64,000 nucleotides of DNA from Gordius albopunctatus (taxonomy: Eukaryota). The translations under genes were made by a program, and so were the position numbers. Of the stretch, positions 15,001 through 29,100 are shown in pieces. Position 1 is the stretch's first letter. Each line of letters opens with the position of its first letter. The notes under the pieces were generated by a model. That model saw only the letters and a list, made by a program, of their open reading frames with translations. It did not search any database and was not told where the DNA came from. The stretch is from NCBI GenBank assembly GCA_964276515.1, contig OZ193909.1:19220001-19284000 (forward strand). The letters are read 5' to 3'.

Positions 15001-15392
15001 TATAAGTTTTGTTGTAAAAACAGTGAAAAATGGAGTTTAAATTTTTACATTATAAAGAATTCATATTGTTTAGATAGGATTCTTAGGCTTGGAACTTTGT
15101 AAAAGTATATATAATAATAATTTCAGTTTATTATGTATTAGGGTCGGTTTGAGCCATTTATCGAAATTTATTTCTGTTGTCTAAAATTTATGGTAGTCAG
15201 GGGGTAGGCAAGGAGAGGCTGATGCCCCCCCCCCTAAATTTTAATTAAAATAGCCAATTTTATTTTCTTAGAAATTATATTAAAGATATATATGGAAATG
15301 AAAACTTTGATAATTTGGATTATTATTTTTTATTGATATCTGGACGACAGGCTTGTTATTATCAAATCCAAACGGAAAAAAATCGTGTTTGA
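1..15392 (+). CDS. ALS2: Alsin (ALS2)-like protein, 3' part: MORN repeats + VPS9 domain; 5' end lies outside the window
   Basis: GT-AG exons approx. <1-317, 1283-1394, 3318-3454, 4206-4384, 4998-5107, 5860-6242, 7015-7254, 7833-7936, 8642-8802, 9577-9782, 11508-11802, 12125-12302, 13247-13319, 13421-13488, 14133-14197, 14627-14818, 15351-15392. Translations [93 protein letters not shown] and C-terminal [10 protein letters not shown] match alsin in order. Confidence 0.93.
1533..2528. mobile_element. Palindromic (foldback-type) non-autonomous DNA transposon, CACGGTTCAACAAGA terminus, TA-flanked
   Basis: ~1560-1890 is the reverse complement of ~2145-2515; related copies or fragments at ~9465-9520, 12537-12870 and 25001-25400. 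Confidence 0.8.
1924..2126. mobile_element. hAT-type MITE nested in the foldback element
   Basis: ~37-bp TIRs TAGAGTTGTTAAATTGCTAACTTTCTTCAA..; 8-bp TSD ACTACTAC (1916-1923, 2127-2134); internal sequence related to ~39900-40090. Confidence 0.88.
4874..4925 (+). mobile_element. Extremely 5'-truncated RTE 3' tail
   Basis: AATGTGGGACCAAATATAACTGATAAAGAAGAAGAAGGA matches the 3' end of the RTE at ~51615-51648; flanked by ATAACATG at 4866-4873 and 4926-4933. Confidence 0.65.
6289..6620. mobile_element. Tc1/mariner-pogo-type MITE (CAGTCGAAA termini, TA TSD)
   Basis: TA|CAGTCGAAAC start; reverse-orientation homologue of copies at 24633-24936 and 44310-44624. Confidence 0.8.
9828..10180 (+). repeat. 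Two copies of a short interspersed repeat head with (GTCC)n
   Basis: ATTGCTATG.AATT.ATGGGCTCGCTTTT..GTCCGTCCGTCCAACATGTATCT at ~9830 and ~10120; partial reverse copy at ~7690-7715. Confidence 0.6.
11091..11243. mobile_element. hAT-type MITE of the CATGGGCGTAGCC family
   Basis: CACGGGCTTAGCCG...CGGCTACACCCATG, imperfect TSD GGCCTAAA/GGCTGAAA; relatives at ~10380, 13090, 13968, 15200, 18735, 21570, 28993. Confidence 0.7.
13510..13638. mobile_element. Short MITE of the TAGTGTTGTAAAA family
   Basis: TAGTGTTGCAAAAATGGCTG...CAGCCCCGTTTTTACATCACTA; relatives at ~7540-7660, 11860-12005, 20963-21125, 22225, 39700-39830, 41472-41595. Confidence 0.7.
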
Positions 15393-17402
15393 TTCACTGA
15401 CTCTCATTCCTCCAATAAAAAGAAACCTCGTCAATCCAATCGTGCCACATTACTTCATTTTAAATTATTCCTCATTTTTTGTTTACTTTTATTTATTACT
15501 AATAATTATAATCGCCATTCATTGACTGAAATTGTTGTTAATCATTGATTTTTATATGTTAAAGATACATTTGATATTTGTAGCTGTAATGAATATTTAT
15601 GTCTAGTGATAAATTGATGAGATAACATGTTTCATATGCATATCAGAGGTCAGATTTGTTTTAAAAAAATTCTACACAAACCCGGCCCGATCTGATTTTA
15701 TAAATAAGGTGCCCGTCCGAACCCTTCTAAGTGTCTTCGCGTCCATATTCAAATTATTAAAACTGTCCTCCCCGAAATGAAGATTTTTAGCAGTAACATC
15801 TTTATATTTTGTAAAAAATTTATTTAAGTTTATTTTTTTGGTTGAGAACTAAGATTAACAAACATATACAATCAAATTATAAAGTGAAAAAATAATGTAC
15901 GAAAACAAAATAGTACACTATCTAAAAATATCATTAAACCCGATTTAAGTTATGATCCGCAAAATTTAAATTTACGAGAGTTGTTCTACCCGGCCCGTGG
16001 GCTGAGCTTGGAATTTTGGCAGTGGGTTGGTCCGGGCTTTTCTGGACTTAGATGCATATGTTAAAGGGTAAATTTATAGGATTCAAGGTATGTAAAACAC
16101 ATTTGGGTAGACTTAACAAAATAAGTTACTTTTAGATCGTTAAGGATATTTATTTGATTTTAAATAAACAAACATTAAAGTTAAAAATTAATTTTACAAA
16201 ATTTCATAGCCCTTCTATAAAATTTTTAGGGCTGTGACATTTTTAGCAGCTCTAAAATCTACAATAGATTTTTAAAATTTCACGTTTAAATTTTTTTATT
16301 GCCTAATTTGCGCCTCTACCAAACCATGTCCCTGACTATAATGCGAATAAACTTGACAATTATCTTTCCTCTAGCCATTTCGTTACTTTCGAATCCTAAG
16401 GTTAAAGAAATACATTTTATATTTAGTTATGGTGATCGAAAATTGTCTGCTTAGTTTTAAAGCTCCAACCAATTAAACTCCCAAAAATTTAAAGTTTATA
16501 ACGCCTAATTATGCTATAAAAAATCAAAGATATTAAAAGTACAACCAATAGCTAAAATTTAGTGTTTAAAACGTTATAATTTTTTACTATTCTATGATAA
16601 TGTATTTCACTTCAAAGCCAGGTTATTTGGGCGCATGACTTGGTAAACTTAATATAGTTGTAATTTAAACATTGCTCTTGAATGTAAGAATATAGAGGAA
16701 AAGTACCAGAGTTATAATGGATAACCAAATTCAATGCAATTCTAAAAGATTTGTGCCAATTAATTTTATAGCCGTTGCCTAACTATCAATGTATATAATC
16801 TTAGGCTTTCCATTAACGTTTAGTTCATTATTAAATTTCTAATAAATGTCTTCTAATGAGAAATAGATTATAATAAATTTTTTATTTTGTGTCAAATTTA
16901 AACTCCGAGGTTAAAAGTAATTTTATGAAAACTTAATGGAAAATATTACGAATACCACGAATCAGTTAAGAAATTTGGCCGAGACTTTAAACTTCCTGTA
17001 TTTATTTAAACGGTGTTAAAAGTACTAGGGAGTAGAAACACATTAAGTAAACTTAACTTAAATATTAAGAAAATTAAAAAGTACATTTCTAATCTAACAT
17101 GAAATATAACCCATCGCCAACTGCAAGAAATCTGACTCGTTTAATAAAGCTTATTTTCAACTCTCTTGTATCAACATTTCAAATAAAAAGATTTAATTTT
17201 TAAGTCACTGTCTACCCAGACTCTACATAACATCTGTACACAATTTCCTATTAATTTATATAACTCTAAAGCTTAATTTAAGTCTTGTTTGTGGGCAAGA
17301 TTCGATGATATGATGAGATAGATGTTAACGCTAAAAATTGTATGTATCAAATAATCCTTTTTATTTTATATCAGCTGATATTTTTAAATTTATAATGCTT
17401 TT

Positions 17403-20400
17403 ATGCTTCAAAGTTTTTGCCAACGCAAATTTGAAACTATACTTATAGTCACATTTCAACTCACAATATTTATTTTTCTATTTAAAACACTTTATTTTGC
17501 TTGTGATAAAGATTATTTTTTTTGCAAATCCTCTTTTATATGTCTCAATTCAGTTCAACGATGTGATGGAATTGTAGATTGCTGTTCTGGAAATATCACA
17601 GATCAGTCAGATGAGTTAGATTGTGGTAAATATTATCTTATTTTAGGTTTTTTCGGTGAATTTACTAAGTTTTTAACTAATTTTACTTGATAAAATATAA
17701 TCTTTTATATTATTTTTTATTCTAATCTCAAGTTTATTTTTACGGAAATATGCACTTATAAATAATATTAAAACAATTGTTTTTTTTATAGGATAATAAG
17801 CCTTTTTTCTGTAATATTGCCTTAAATTTTTTAAGACATAGTCTTTGAAGTCAAGCCTCCTCAAATACTAGAAACACTGGAGGGTAGGACTTTAACTCTA
17901 ACAATGAAATTGGCAGCATCATATCCTTTGACAGAATACATGTTAATTTGGTACAGAGACAATGAATTGCTTGGCCAAGATTTTGCTTTAAATCCACCTT
18001 TTGAGGCCTATCCCTCTGAATCTACCAAAACTATTATCTTCAATTGGATTAACCCAGATACTAAGTTTTTCATTATTTTCTAATCCTTAGTTTGTTTTTT
18101 AAAATCCTGTTTAGGCAATTCAACCTAACTTTGAAAAACTTTCTTAGTTTGGGTCTGGACTAAAAATTTTAATGAGTCCTGAAATGTCACAATTATCTTA
18201 TCATAAACCTTATTTGTAAAATTTGTTGTTTTGCATCTTTATTATATAACCTTTTAAACTATAATACTAAAGTTCATCTCCTAGGGCCAGAATATATTTT
18301 ATTTATCAAGCACCCATTATATTAATTTGTTTTATCGTAGACTTTACGAGAATTTTGACATGAGCATAATGGTAAATGATAGGAAACGTAACTTGGAAGG
18401 TGTATGCCACAAAAGGTCCATAACCAAAGCTGTATCACACGTCAACATTACCATTAGAAGTATATATCCAAACATTCATTCATTTCAAAGACTTGTCTCA
18501 TGAACAGCTGATAATCATTAAGAAGGGTGTAGGCAGCCATGTTTGAGGCATCTATTAACGAACTAAACTCCATTAACATTTTGTTAAAAAATTATGTTAA
18601 GCTGACGTATGGACACATAATCCTTTCTTCCATAACTTTTGCAATTTTTGCAGCACGAGTGCCTATAGTGAAAGCAAATCTCACCCAGGATAAAAATGAA
18701 CCTATTGTTCTATTAGTCTGTGGATCTGGATATACACGGGCGTATTTGGGGGGCAGAGAGGGACGACTGCCCCCTCAAAATCCCAAAATTTATTAAAATT
18801 ATGGCTAAAATTCTAAAAAATGATCTTGCCCCCCCCCCTTTAAATCATAATTGTCCCCCTCTAATAACGAAGCTGGCTATGCCAATGTGGACATACCTAT
18901 GGAAATGTCTGCGGCGTCAAAAGGTCCAATATTTTTTGCATCGCAATTACAAAGATCATCAAAATAATAAATGATTTCAATTTGATTATATTAACTTAAT
19001 ATGAAAAAAATTATATGCCATTTTTATAGATCTATTTAGGTCCCTTCGCCCCCCCCCCCCCCCTTGATAAAAAAAACTAAAAATTATATCTGTAGAAAAT
19101 TTCGAGAGAAAAAAATGATTCATCTTTTTGGACAAATCCATAGCTTAACCATCGATAATAGATATTCAATAAGTGTTTGATGTGATTTGTTAGAGCGACC
19201 ATCCTTACCGGAAATTGCCTTAACATCGCGTAATCCGGAGTTTGGTAAGAGTATCACTTTATCCTGTAACGTATTGGAGGGCTACGTTCGCCCACAAATA
19301 AAATGGTGAGTATTTATTTTTAATTCAAACATAGTCTACCCAGACCCCAAGCCTTTTAAAAACCTAGGGGAAGAAGGCGTATCATCCATTATAATCTCTG
19401 AATGAATAAAGAGCGAAATTTATATCGCAATTTGGCGTAAAAGTTTCGAAAAGTTTATACTAAATATAGAATAATTCTAAGTTTTAGCTGTTTAACGTTT
19501 GAAAATTATGATACAATCCTAAAAACCTGGCCAACTTAGGGAAATAATTTTTTGCGAATAATAAAATAAGGTTGCAAAAAAGGTTTTTAAAGTATCATTT
19601 TTTAACTGTTATTTCATATGGGGTGGAGTAAATATAAGGAAAAGCTTAAAGCATCAGCAGACTTCAAACTAATTTTCATATAAATTCATACCGCGCGAAA
19701 CTATTGATAAATTAATGAAAAGTTTTGCCTTTTTGAATTTATAAAATATTTGAACTATATAAAGTGGCCGCGTGATAGTTTAATTTGATAGTAATTTCAA
19801 AATGGGCACTTCCTAATTAAAGCTGCTAAAAGGCCTTTCAACACATTTTGTAAGGCGTTAGGTTACTCAACTAAATTCTGAATTATATTTCATTAGAATG
19901 GACTTAATAATTGCTACTTTTATAATAAATATAATCCTTCTTTAATTACATACTTTTTTTTGATTTGTGCCCTAATTTTTATAATAATTCCCATAATTCA
20001 TTTTATAAATAGGGGAGACCGGGGCTAGTCGTAGCCCGCGCGGTTACTATTATCTTCTAATTATTTTTTAAAATAATAATGATATTAAATCAAAATTTAA
20101 ACCATATGTGTATTTTTCCATAAGGTATGAGTAAAAAAAATTTTGTTTAGAAAAAATAAAATTTAAAATTTTTATTGAGAAAAAACGATTTTTCCGGGTT
20201 ATTAGTAGCCTTGGCAAAATTTTTTATTTTGCACATAAAATTTTTTTGGATTAATTTGTCTTTTATCTTATAAAGGGAGACTTTTTGTATAAAAACCGTC
20301 TAATCATTAAATTTTTATATGCAGTATAACTTCTTAAATTATTAATTGTTTATGAAAATAGGGGTCGAGGCTAGTCGGAGAGGGGCTATTGCTAGCCATT

Positions 20401-23400
20401 TTTAATTGTGTCTTACAAATGACAAGATTTAAAAAACAAAAAATTTTGTTTAATAATCTAACTAAATGTTATTTGAAATGGAAATAGACTATGATTATGC
20501 ATTATAAAACGACTAAAGGTTTTTTTTCCATTGCTAAATCCGTCTTTTAAGTGTTCATAAGTCAGATTGTTATCTTGACCCTTTTTATTTGTTTTATATG
20601 AAATAAAATCATATTACATTTACATTTTCTACATTTTTTATAATGAAACAATCTTTTTATTGATTTGATTTAGCATATACACTAATAAGAAGGGAAAACG
20701 TCAGAGTTAATCTATCGGCTATGACTAGCTCCGGGGATTTACAAAAAATTTTGGATTTTTTTTTAAACTTAATTTTTTAGAAAACTATTACTTATTTCTC
20801 TTCAAATTTGTTTTCTATAGTAGAAATATACCCCTTAAAAATATATTCCAACAAAAAAAATGGAAAAATAATTTTTACTTTTTTGAACGCGATTTAATTT
20901 TTTATGGCTAAAGTAGCTCCTCCCCCGGTCTCCCCTAATTGTACTACCTTAGAACTACTAGTAGGGTTGTAAAAACAGCTGGGTTTTTCTATGGGCAAAC
21001 TTTGTTTCTACTAAAACTAACGATCGATTCTGGTCCCATTTTCAAATTTCGACTAACCCTTGAGGTCGATATTTGAAAAAGGGACCAAAAACCCTTTGGT
21101 CCGGGTACAAAACCCAGCAGCCAACTAATAATAATTAAAATCGCAGGCTCAAAGGAAGCGTGGGTAATATGACTGAATTTCCCACAACCATGCTGGTCGA
21201 CATCACAAATCCCCACAACGTGATGAGCCGGATGGTTATTAACACGCCTCAACAGTATCAAGGGGTCGTGCTGGGATGTAAAAGTGCTTTCGAATTCCTC
21301 AACGAATCCATGTCGGATCTTAGTCCTTTATATAAATTATGTAAAAAATGCGCACCCCGAATTTCTCAAGAAATTGTTGGCTATCTTGTTATGCCATATT
21401 TTCACAGACTGAATGAAGCGATTGTAAGGTGACATAGCTCTAATTATTATTAATGAACTCTATATTACAAACGACGAGGAAGCTTAAGATAAGAATTTAT
21501 TACGTCATCAATCTAAAATTTGTTGGAATCAGAGGTGGAGAAATAAATTTAGACAAATTTTTGGGATTTAGAGGGGTGAGGCGGCCACCCCTCCTTGTTC
21601 CCTCGCTTGGCTACGCCCATTGTGACGGCTTTAGATTGTTGTTTGATGGAATGTATCTTTAAAATTTGAATTGTGTTCACCAACTCTTTGGTTTTGTTGT
21701 AAGCCTGATTAAACCTAATAAATTGTCATACGATTTTGCAACGTGCATGAAGCGATGCCCATTATTTTAAAGAGATGATACGGGATCCTTTTAGACGGAC
21801 AAGCTGTTCTCTCACTTCCTTAACGGTTCTGCTGCATCCATACCTTTACCATTTATACGAGGGCTCTACTATAGCATCACTTCACGTTCACACACACCTA
21901 CCTTTTTCCTTGTGCATTTGTTTTAAAGGGCCTCCCAAAATTAATTACACATCGGCCGAAGGCGATCTAATAATAAGTTCGGGTTCGAGCCTCAACCTTT
22001 CTTGCTTGGCCACAGGCTTCCCCCCTCCCCTTTACGCTTGGCACTTTCGCCCGTACCGTTACGCGAAGGAACGAATCCTGAAGCAAAGTTACTACAACCT
22101 GCCAGCCGTGCAAATCGAGCACAGCGGCTACTACCAATGCCAAGTTTATAGCGAGTTGGGTGAAGACTCTAGCAACATCATCCAAATCATAGTACCCGGT
22201 GCGTTGGCTTATACGATATTATCTTGTGTTGTAAAAACGGCTCGGTTCTTTTTGGTTGACCTTTGGTTTGACTAAACACGAAGAGACCAATAAGTAGACC
22301 CCTGGGCTTAGTCGAAATTTGAAAAACAGACCCGAGCAGATGTGGAAACGGAGTTTGATCCTAAACATAATAATAAAAAAAGTGATTAAAATTGTATGAT
22401 CAGTTCATGGTTCTAGCCTTACCTGAACCTTAAGCTTACCCTCCTCTAATCCAGTTCCGGTTATGCCGGTAACCACAAATTATTATTTAATATATTTGAA
22501 TTTCTTTGATGTAAATATAATTTTGGTAAAAGTAGTAATGTTATACATGCTATTTATTTTCTACGTTAGATCCATCCCTCGGATTTTTGGCAGCTTATTT
22601 TAGTAAGTTACATCATCTATACTCTTTTCGCCAAAAAGACTTGCTATTTATTTTCTTATTTCCCTACGGAACTTACTTAAGGTACCAAAGTGTCGTTTAT
22701 TAGTTTCTTGATCGGGATTTTAGCTCTGATCGTCGTTATCGGACTCATCATGTTTTTCGTTTACCGCAAAGTTTCGGGTAAGTTATTAACTTATATTATA
22801 TTTTAATCCCTGAAAGTTTTGAAAATCTCCGTGGAATTCGTAAACTTTTTAAAATAGCACCCTTTTACCCAATGTAACGTATATATTCTGATCAAATTTA
22901 TATTTTTTAACACTGAGAGATAATAAGTTGCATTAAGCTGGATGTCGATAAGAATCAATCAAAATGCCTTGTAGACCGAATTATTGGTTAATAGACATTC
23001 CTGTAAACTATTACAAATTGATATACGTTTATTGTATTAATATTTTTCTAATTATATAAATTTAAAAGATTTTTCTTAAAGAATATTTTTAAGAATTTAT
23101 TCTCAAGGACCAGGACGAAATATATTATTTTAATTATTTTTTAACGCCCTCTAATGCTCCTGCGAATAAATCTCTTTAAAATATTCTAATCTATTTGCTT
23201 AAACTATGCAATCCCTGCAAATACATCCATTTCAAAAGGATTAGTTTCAACCTGATAGATTTTCTACCTTCTTACTTAATAAATAAACTAGGATTTTAAA
23301 AAAAACTTTGAATTTAATCGGGGCGGGTAAATAGATATATTGGAGAAGAGGAACAAACTGATGCTAGAGGAGGCGGCTGCAATAGCTGCTCGTGCAGCGG

Positions 23401-23717
23401 GTAAACAGAGGAAACATAATAAAATGGCGACGGACCAGAATAGCCCGCCGGGTGCTAAAAGGCTTAAGGCACCCCCTGCTATATTAGACAGTGAAAAGCC
23501 TTTCGTTTCTGCTATGGATCAGGAACCTATCTTTCCGAAAGAAGATATAGACGAAATCTTACACCATGAAGATGCAGATGGGCCACCCCAAATTCCAGAT
23601 ATCGTTTTACCTGCTGGCAAGATGGTAGGTGATGGAAAGGGTGGACCTGTTATTATTACGGAATTTCAATATCCCGACGACGACGATAATATGATGATGT
23701 TGTTATTGAAGAAATGA
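17403..23717 (+). CDS. Type-I membrane protein: LDL-receptor class A module, about 3 Ig-like domains, TM helix, acidic/proline-rich cytoplasmic tail
   Basis: Exons approx. 17403-17625 (CDKDYFFC..CLNSVQRCDGIVDC..DQSDELDC), 17842-18064, 18341-18459, 19194-19304 (SITLSCNVLEGYVRPQIKW), 21147-21340, 21929-22198 (LNLSCLATGFPPPLYAW..SGYYQCQV), 22571-22603, 22682-22777 (FISFLIGILALIVVIGLIMFFVYRK), 23335-23717; phases compatible; AATAAA follows the stop. Start codon uncertain. Confidence 0.8.
20012..20935. mobile_element. ~920-bp non-autonomous DNA transposon in an intron of the Ig gene
   Basis: TA|GGGGAGACCGGGG...CCCCGGTCTCCCC|TA termini; internal repeats of GGGCTAGTCGTAGCC; no ORF. Confidence 0.8.
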
Positions 23718-24632
23718 TTTATTAATAAAATTTTGTATACCAAACATAAATGTCTAGTAAATGTATGCTCAAATGGGTATTGTTATTCAGACGAAACAAG
23801 ATTTTAACTAAGTCTCTTTTATTTTTTATAGAGAATACCGTTAAGCTTGTGAGAATATTCTATGAAGATTGTTAGACTTACTTTGAGGGATTTCACTATT
23901 TTATGTTATAACGTGCGTTAATTAAAAATGCTGAATCCACAATTTTGTATTAAAATGATCATTTTTAATCTGCCCCTTTCCATAGTATAATTTTAGTTCC
24001 TACTTTTTCTCTGCAATTAATAAATTTATGATTAAACTGTTTATAGATCATGGATTTACGTAACAATGCTATGATGTCGATTAGATATTTATAGTAGGAA
24101 ACTTTTTGGAAGCAGTTAAAATGAAAAATAAGTTAGGGTGTTTGATAGAGAGCTGTTTTGGGGAGAAGGCAGAAATAAAGAATGTTACATTATGTTATAT
24201 TGTTTAAATTTCTATATTGATGTGACAAACATTTTGTCATTATGATTATTTTTCTTTATAAAATTTGAAATATATTTACAGCTATAAAAACAGAGTTGTT
24301 AAATACGGTGCTTTTAATTTCAATCTAAGTCCGAATTATTCCACTGGTTATAAAAAATTTATCTTTATTCAAGAAATCGTGATTGTAAGTTTTGTTAAAA
24401 TAAAAATAATAACGATATCTTTCTTAAACGCTTTTTGGGGTTCTTTTTCCTTCTGTGTACAGTTATTGTCCATCTCGCAAGATGGCTTCTCCGTCTACGA
24501 ACTCCCTCGATTCCTTTTGTCAATCGGCTGTCATCGTCTCGCCTTCTTGTCATAACATTTCCTTATCTGGCTAGTTTTAATTGTTCCCATCTCTCGGAAC
24601 TCTTAATTCACTTATGCAACAGTATGGAACTA

Positions 24633-24936
24633 CAGTCGAAACCGTTTAATTGCAAAGCCTTTAGCCTGAAAAAATTTTCGCGATTAAACGATGGGGAAAA
24701 AAAAATATATGTACATTATATTAAATATTCATTTCCTACGCTTCGCAATAAAAGGATATTTTATATAATTATCTGCTTGATTTAAGGACTCGAAAATGTT
24801 TGTGAATATCCGATATTGTACTATTAAGCGATTTGTCAATTGTTAATATTATCGTTAAAAAAAACAAAATGGCGGTTAACTTCTCGATTAAAAAATTTTT
24901 ACGATAATCCAATTTGCGATTAAGAATTTTCGACTG
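24633..24936. mobile_element. Tc1/mariner-pogo-type MITE
   Basis: TA|CAGTCGAAA...TTTCGACTG|TA. Confidence 0.85.
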
Positions 24937-26158
24937 TATTTGTTGAAAATAAAATCTGTGAAGAAAACTAAGTGTTATTTGTTTCATTGGTTCTATAATT
25001 ACACGGTTCAACAAGAAAAATTAACCGGCAAACTGTTTGCAGATTCTGGTAGAGTTTTTCACGGTGAACACAAATATGTTTTTTGGTCAAGTTTTTGAAA
25101 TATTCGCTGTCAAAGTTGCCAAAAACGCAATTTTAGCGTTTTTCAAACGTCAATAACTTGCAAATTAGTCGGTAAAAATTTTATTTAATAGATTTAATAC
25201 GTAGAGATAGGGGAGAGGAATGTATTTACATTTTTTTTATCGCAGCACTTTTACTTTTTAAATTATATACAAAATTAATTATCCCTATCTTTTACATTGA
25301 CAAATTATAACAGACTTGAGGGCGCCCTCCCTTCTCTTCAACACTAGAAATTAAGTGCGTGTTGTTGTTTTGGTAATAGTAGTAGTAGAGTAGATAAATA
25401 TTGATTTACACATAATATCTTAAATGTAAATCATGCAAATTAAAATACACAATAATTTACTGAAATCTAATGAAAAAAAAGTCGAGATCTCGCCGAAAAA
25501 ATCTTGTATCGTCTCGATCTCGACTCTATAGACGAGACGAGACCGAGATTTTTTCTCGGTTTTTCCGCTTCACTACCAGCAATATTCATACAACACTATT
25601 ACCTATGTAAAATTTAGTAATAATAGCACACCATTATCATCCATATTGCATTATAACTCTTACCCAAAATACGAATAAATTATAGTACCACAACATATTA
25701 AACATTATATCCTAATTAGAAACATTAAAATAAACATCCTTTCGTTTATTTAATATATAAAATAATATTAATGTGCATCCTTTATCCATTTTTTAATTTT
25801 TAAATAAATTTTTTGCATAGAAAATAAAAATATTCTTTTCTATGTTTAGCATTGAATATCCTTAATTATCTGTTTTTGCCGGGGTAGGGGCGGGTGATAG
25901 GTGTAGCTCATATTTACGTTTAATATCAGGGATTTGATTTTTTTTGATTCCTTGATTAGTACAATCAGGATATATCAAGGCAAAAAACCCCTACATTTAT
26001 TGTTATTTAAGTAATATACCAAATAGAGGGTGATCTATGAAATTGAAGAAGTTAAAGTCATGCTTTCTTTACATTTTTTAGGAGAGCTTTGTCATATATT
26101 TAACTAACACCCATAGCAAAATTATGCCTTATAATTGGATGTGTACCTTAAAGACACA

Positions 26159-29100
26159 ATGGTGGGTACATCAGCTGTTGATTTAGAATCAAAAAAAGAA
26201 ATGGGTGCAAAGGATGCTAGCAAATGCCTTGGCAAGAAAAGTGAAAGTCCGCCATCAAAAGTTATTATATTTCTTAAATATCTTAAGTTTCTTAGGTTAT
26301 TATACGCAGATTGCCACCTACAATGACTTTGGAAACATTTCTGCACCAAATTAACCCTGTTCCCCAGCATAATTATCTGAAATTCATGAAGGATACCAGG
26401 TTCATTTCTAGTTGTTATGAATATAACTTTTTTTAGCTTGGGAAAAGAAAACACTTTCAATAGAGCTTACATTAATTTTGTAAATACAGATGAAATATGG
26501 CTTTTCAAGGAGAAGTTTGATGGCTATGTTTTTCTAGATGATAAAGGTAATATTGAATTTTTATTATTAAATTTTTCCTAAAATAAATTATTGTTTTAAC
26601 TTAAATAATATTCCATACATGTATAACTAGGAAATGAGTATCCTGCTATTGTGGAATACGCTCCATATCAAAAAATCCCTAAAATTTCTGCCAAAAAGGA
26701 CCCAAAATCTGGAACCATAGATGAAGGTGAGAAATAAACCTAGGAATAATACACTTTGCTCCTCAATCTATTTAAAGAGTTATATTTCCAAAAAATATTT
26801 AATTTTGTATAATATTTAGATGAAGACTATAAAAAGTTTTTGGAAGCATTAGATAAAGATAAAAAGGTAATTGAACATCAACCTGTACCATTAGACAAAT
26901 GGGTTGAAGAAATTGAATTACGAGAGCAAGAATTGAAACGTATAGCCTAATAGTTGAATTTTAAATTTATTTTTATAAATTTATAATACAAATAGACTCC
27001 AAATAAGATGCATCTAACAATTTTGTAATTTTAGGTGGATTTATTCAGAAATCAACACCTCTTATTGACTACATACATAAGAGAAGGTTAGAAAAAAAGA
27101 ATGAAGCTAAAGTAATATTTTAAATCTCTCTTTTTTAAATAACTTACAAAAGGAATATAAACTATTATCTTCTTAATATTGTGTATATTTTATTTCAAAA
27201 TTTATTAATACTAAACTGTTTAGCGTGTGAGGGAACAAAAAGCAGCTGCAGCCTTAGAACGTAGAAAAAATAATATAGCTCGTCAACAAGCAGAGAAGAA
27301 TAAGAAAACCAAATTATTGGGCCCTACCACTGAAATTAATGCTACACAAGATGGAACTCAGTCTTGTCCTGACGAAACTCCAGATCCAATACCAAAAATA
27401 CTGGCTTCACCTAAAAATCATCCTCAACGTCAAACCAATAACGGTATGAATTTATATTAGATTCACTTGTTTTTGGAGGAGTGTAAAGTCAATATTATGT
27501 TGTTTTACCAATAGATGATTTTAAAATTATCGATTACCCAAATGACAACATAAAATTTATATTCGCACAATAAAAAATTAAGAACACTCACTTTGTTTGT
27601 TTTAGCACTTGGATTTCTATTTAAAGCCATATTACCCTGACTTAAATTATTTTTCAGCTTAATTAATTTTTAGATAAATTTGGTAGGATTATGCATTATG
27701 ATGGATGATAAGACAATTACTGTACTTAATCTCTTTTTGGAGCAAATAAATATAACACAATTACTGTAACCATGATCAACCTAAATTTTTAAATTTTAAC
27801 TATATCTAATAATTTTATAGTTAAATTTTAAAAAATTGCTCATATTTTTGATGTAACACGTTATAGGAACGTCTAGCAAAGAGGGCTTAAGTTCTAAGAA
27901 GGATATGGGCAAAGAAAAATATGTGAAAAAAGGAGATCCTGCTCAACAAAGTGGTAATAATGCTGGGGGAAATAGAAGATATGGAGACAGAAATTTCGCT
28001 AAAAACCAACCTAAGAAGCCTGTACCACTTTCATCAATGGAATATAATGCCAAAGATGCCAATCCTAATCTTAACTCACCCATCAAGGTTCAGTTTTCAA
28101 ATGAAAATATTTGATTAATTTTGTTTATAAAAGCTTTTAGGACCGAATATTTTTACATTTTGAACTAAGTTTATTTTTGAAATATTAATTTAGCTTCTGC
28201 AAAAACCAAGGGCACCCGATGGTGATAAGAAAATTGAGGGCAAGACCAAAACGGTACCATCCCTCGAGGATACAAAATCTAATATAAAACACGAAAAAGC
28301 TGAAGCCCCCAAAAAGATTTTGCCTCAAGCCACAACCCATCGGTAAGCTTTTTATCCAATATAAGCTTTTTGATTTATTATAATTTATAGAGAATTTGCT
28401 GGAAATGTTACCTTTTTCAACAAAGATATTTACAAATTTATATCATTAAGACTTTAAAACTACCTTCGAATACTATTATATTGTATATTTTACGATAATT
28501 TAAACGTTATTTTAAAATGAATTAATCATTCAAAGTGACTGACTCTCTAATACCATGGCTTTAATTATTAAAAAAATTTAGTTGTATTTGAAGGTTTAAT
28601 TTATACATATCCTTTATAGAGACCGAAAAACTGAACCTACTCATACGACGACAGCTGGTGATAAAAGTGGTGCTCAGGTTGGTTTACTTTTTGTGTTTTT
28701 TCTTAATTTTTTTTATTTTAATTTTTGCACTCCTTAAATTTTGTATCAAACAGACTATTAATTGGCGCATTTGGAAATTTACTTTTAAATTTATAGGTTA
28801 AAACCTCGTTAGATATGATAATTTCCATAAATAAACTAGGTGTATTTATTATATTTTTGCAAAGGGTTGTATCGCTCTAGGTAGTGTATATGAATTATTT
28901 TAGATAGGGATCATCTAGGATAATAAGTTTTTTTAATATTGTCCAAGGCTATAAGGTTTTGATTTGCACATAACTCATACCTATCTATACCCATGGGTGT
29001 AGCCAAGGGGAGGGGGGGCAGGTGCCCCCTTTAAATCCAAAAAAATTGCTGAAATTTATTAAAATTAAGGCTAAAATTGAAAAAATGATCATTTTGCCCC

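Noticed and set aside
18653..18935. MITE (18735-18887, TSD TGGATATA/TGGACATA) that could be spliced out in frame like an Introner
   Set aside because: Exon 18341-18459 joins 19194 directly in phase to give a normal Ig junction, and the putative host exon has no phase-compatible donor; probably just an intronic MITE.
26261..26304. UPF3 intron starting with the same GTTATTATA as the next exon, suggesting intron gain by duplication
   Set aside because: Short AT-rich match, and the K|VIIRRLPP intron position appears to be old in animal UPF3 genes.
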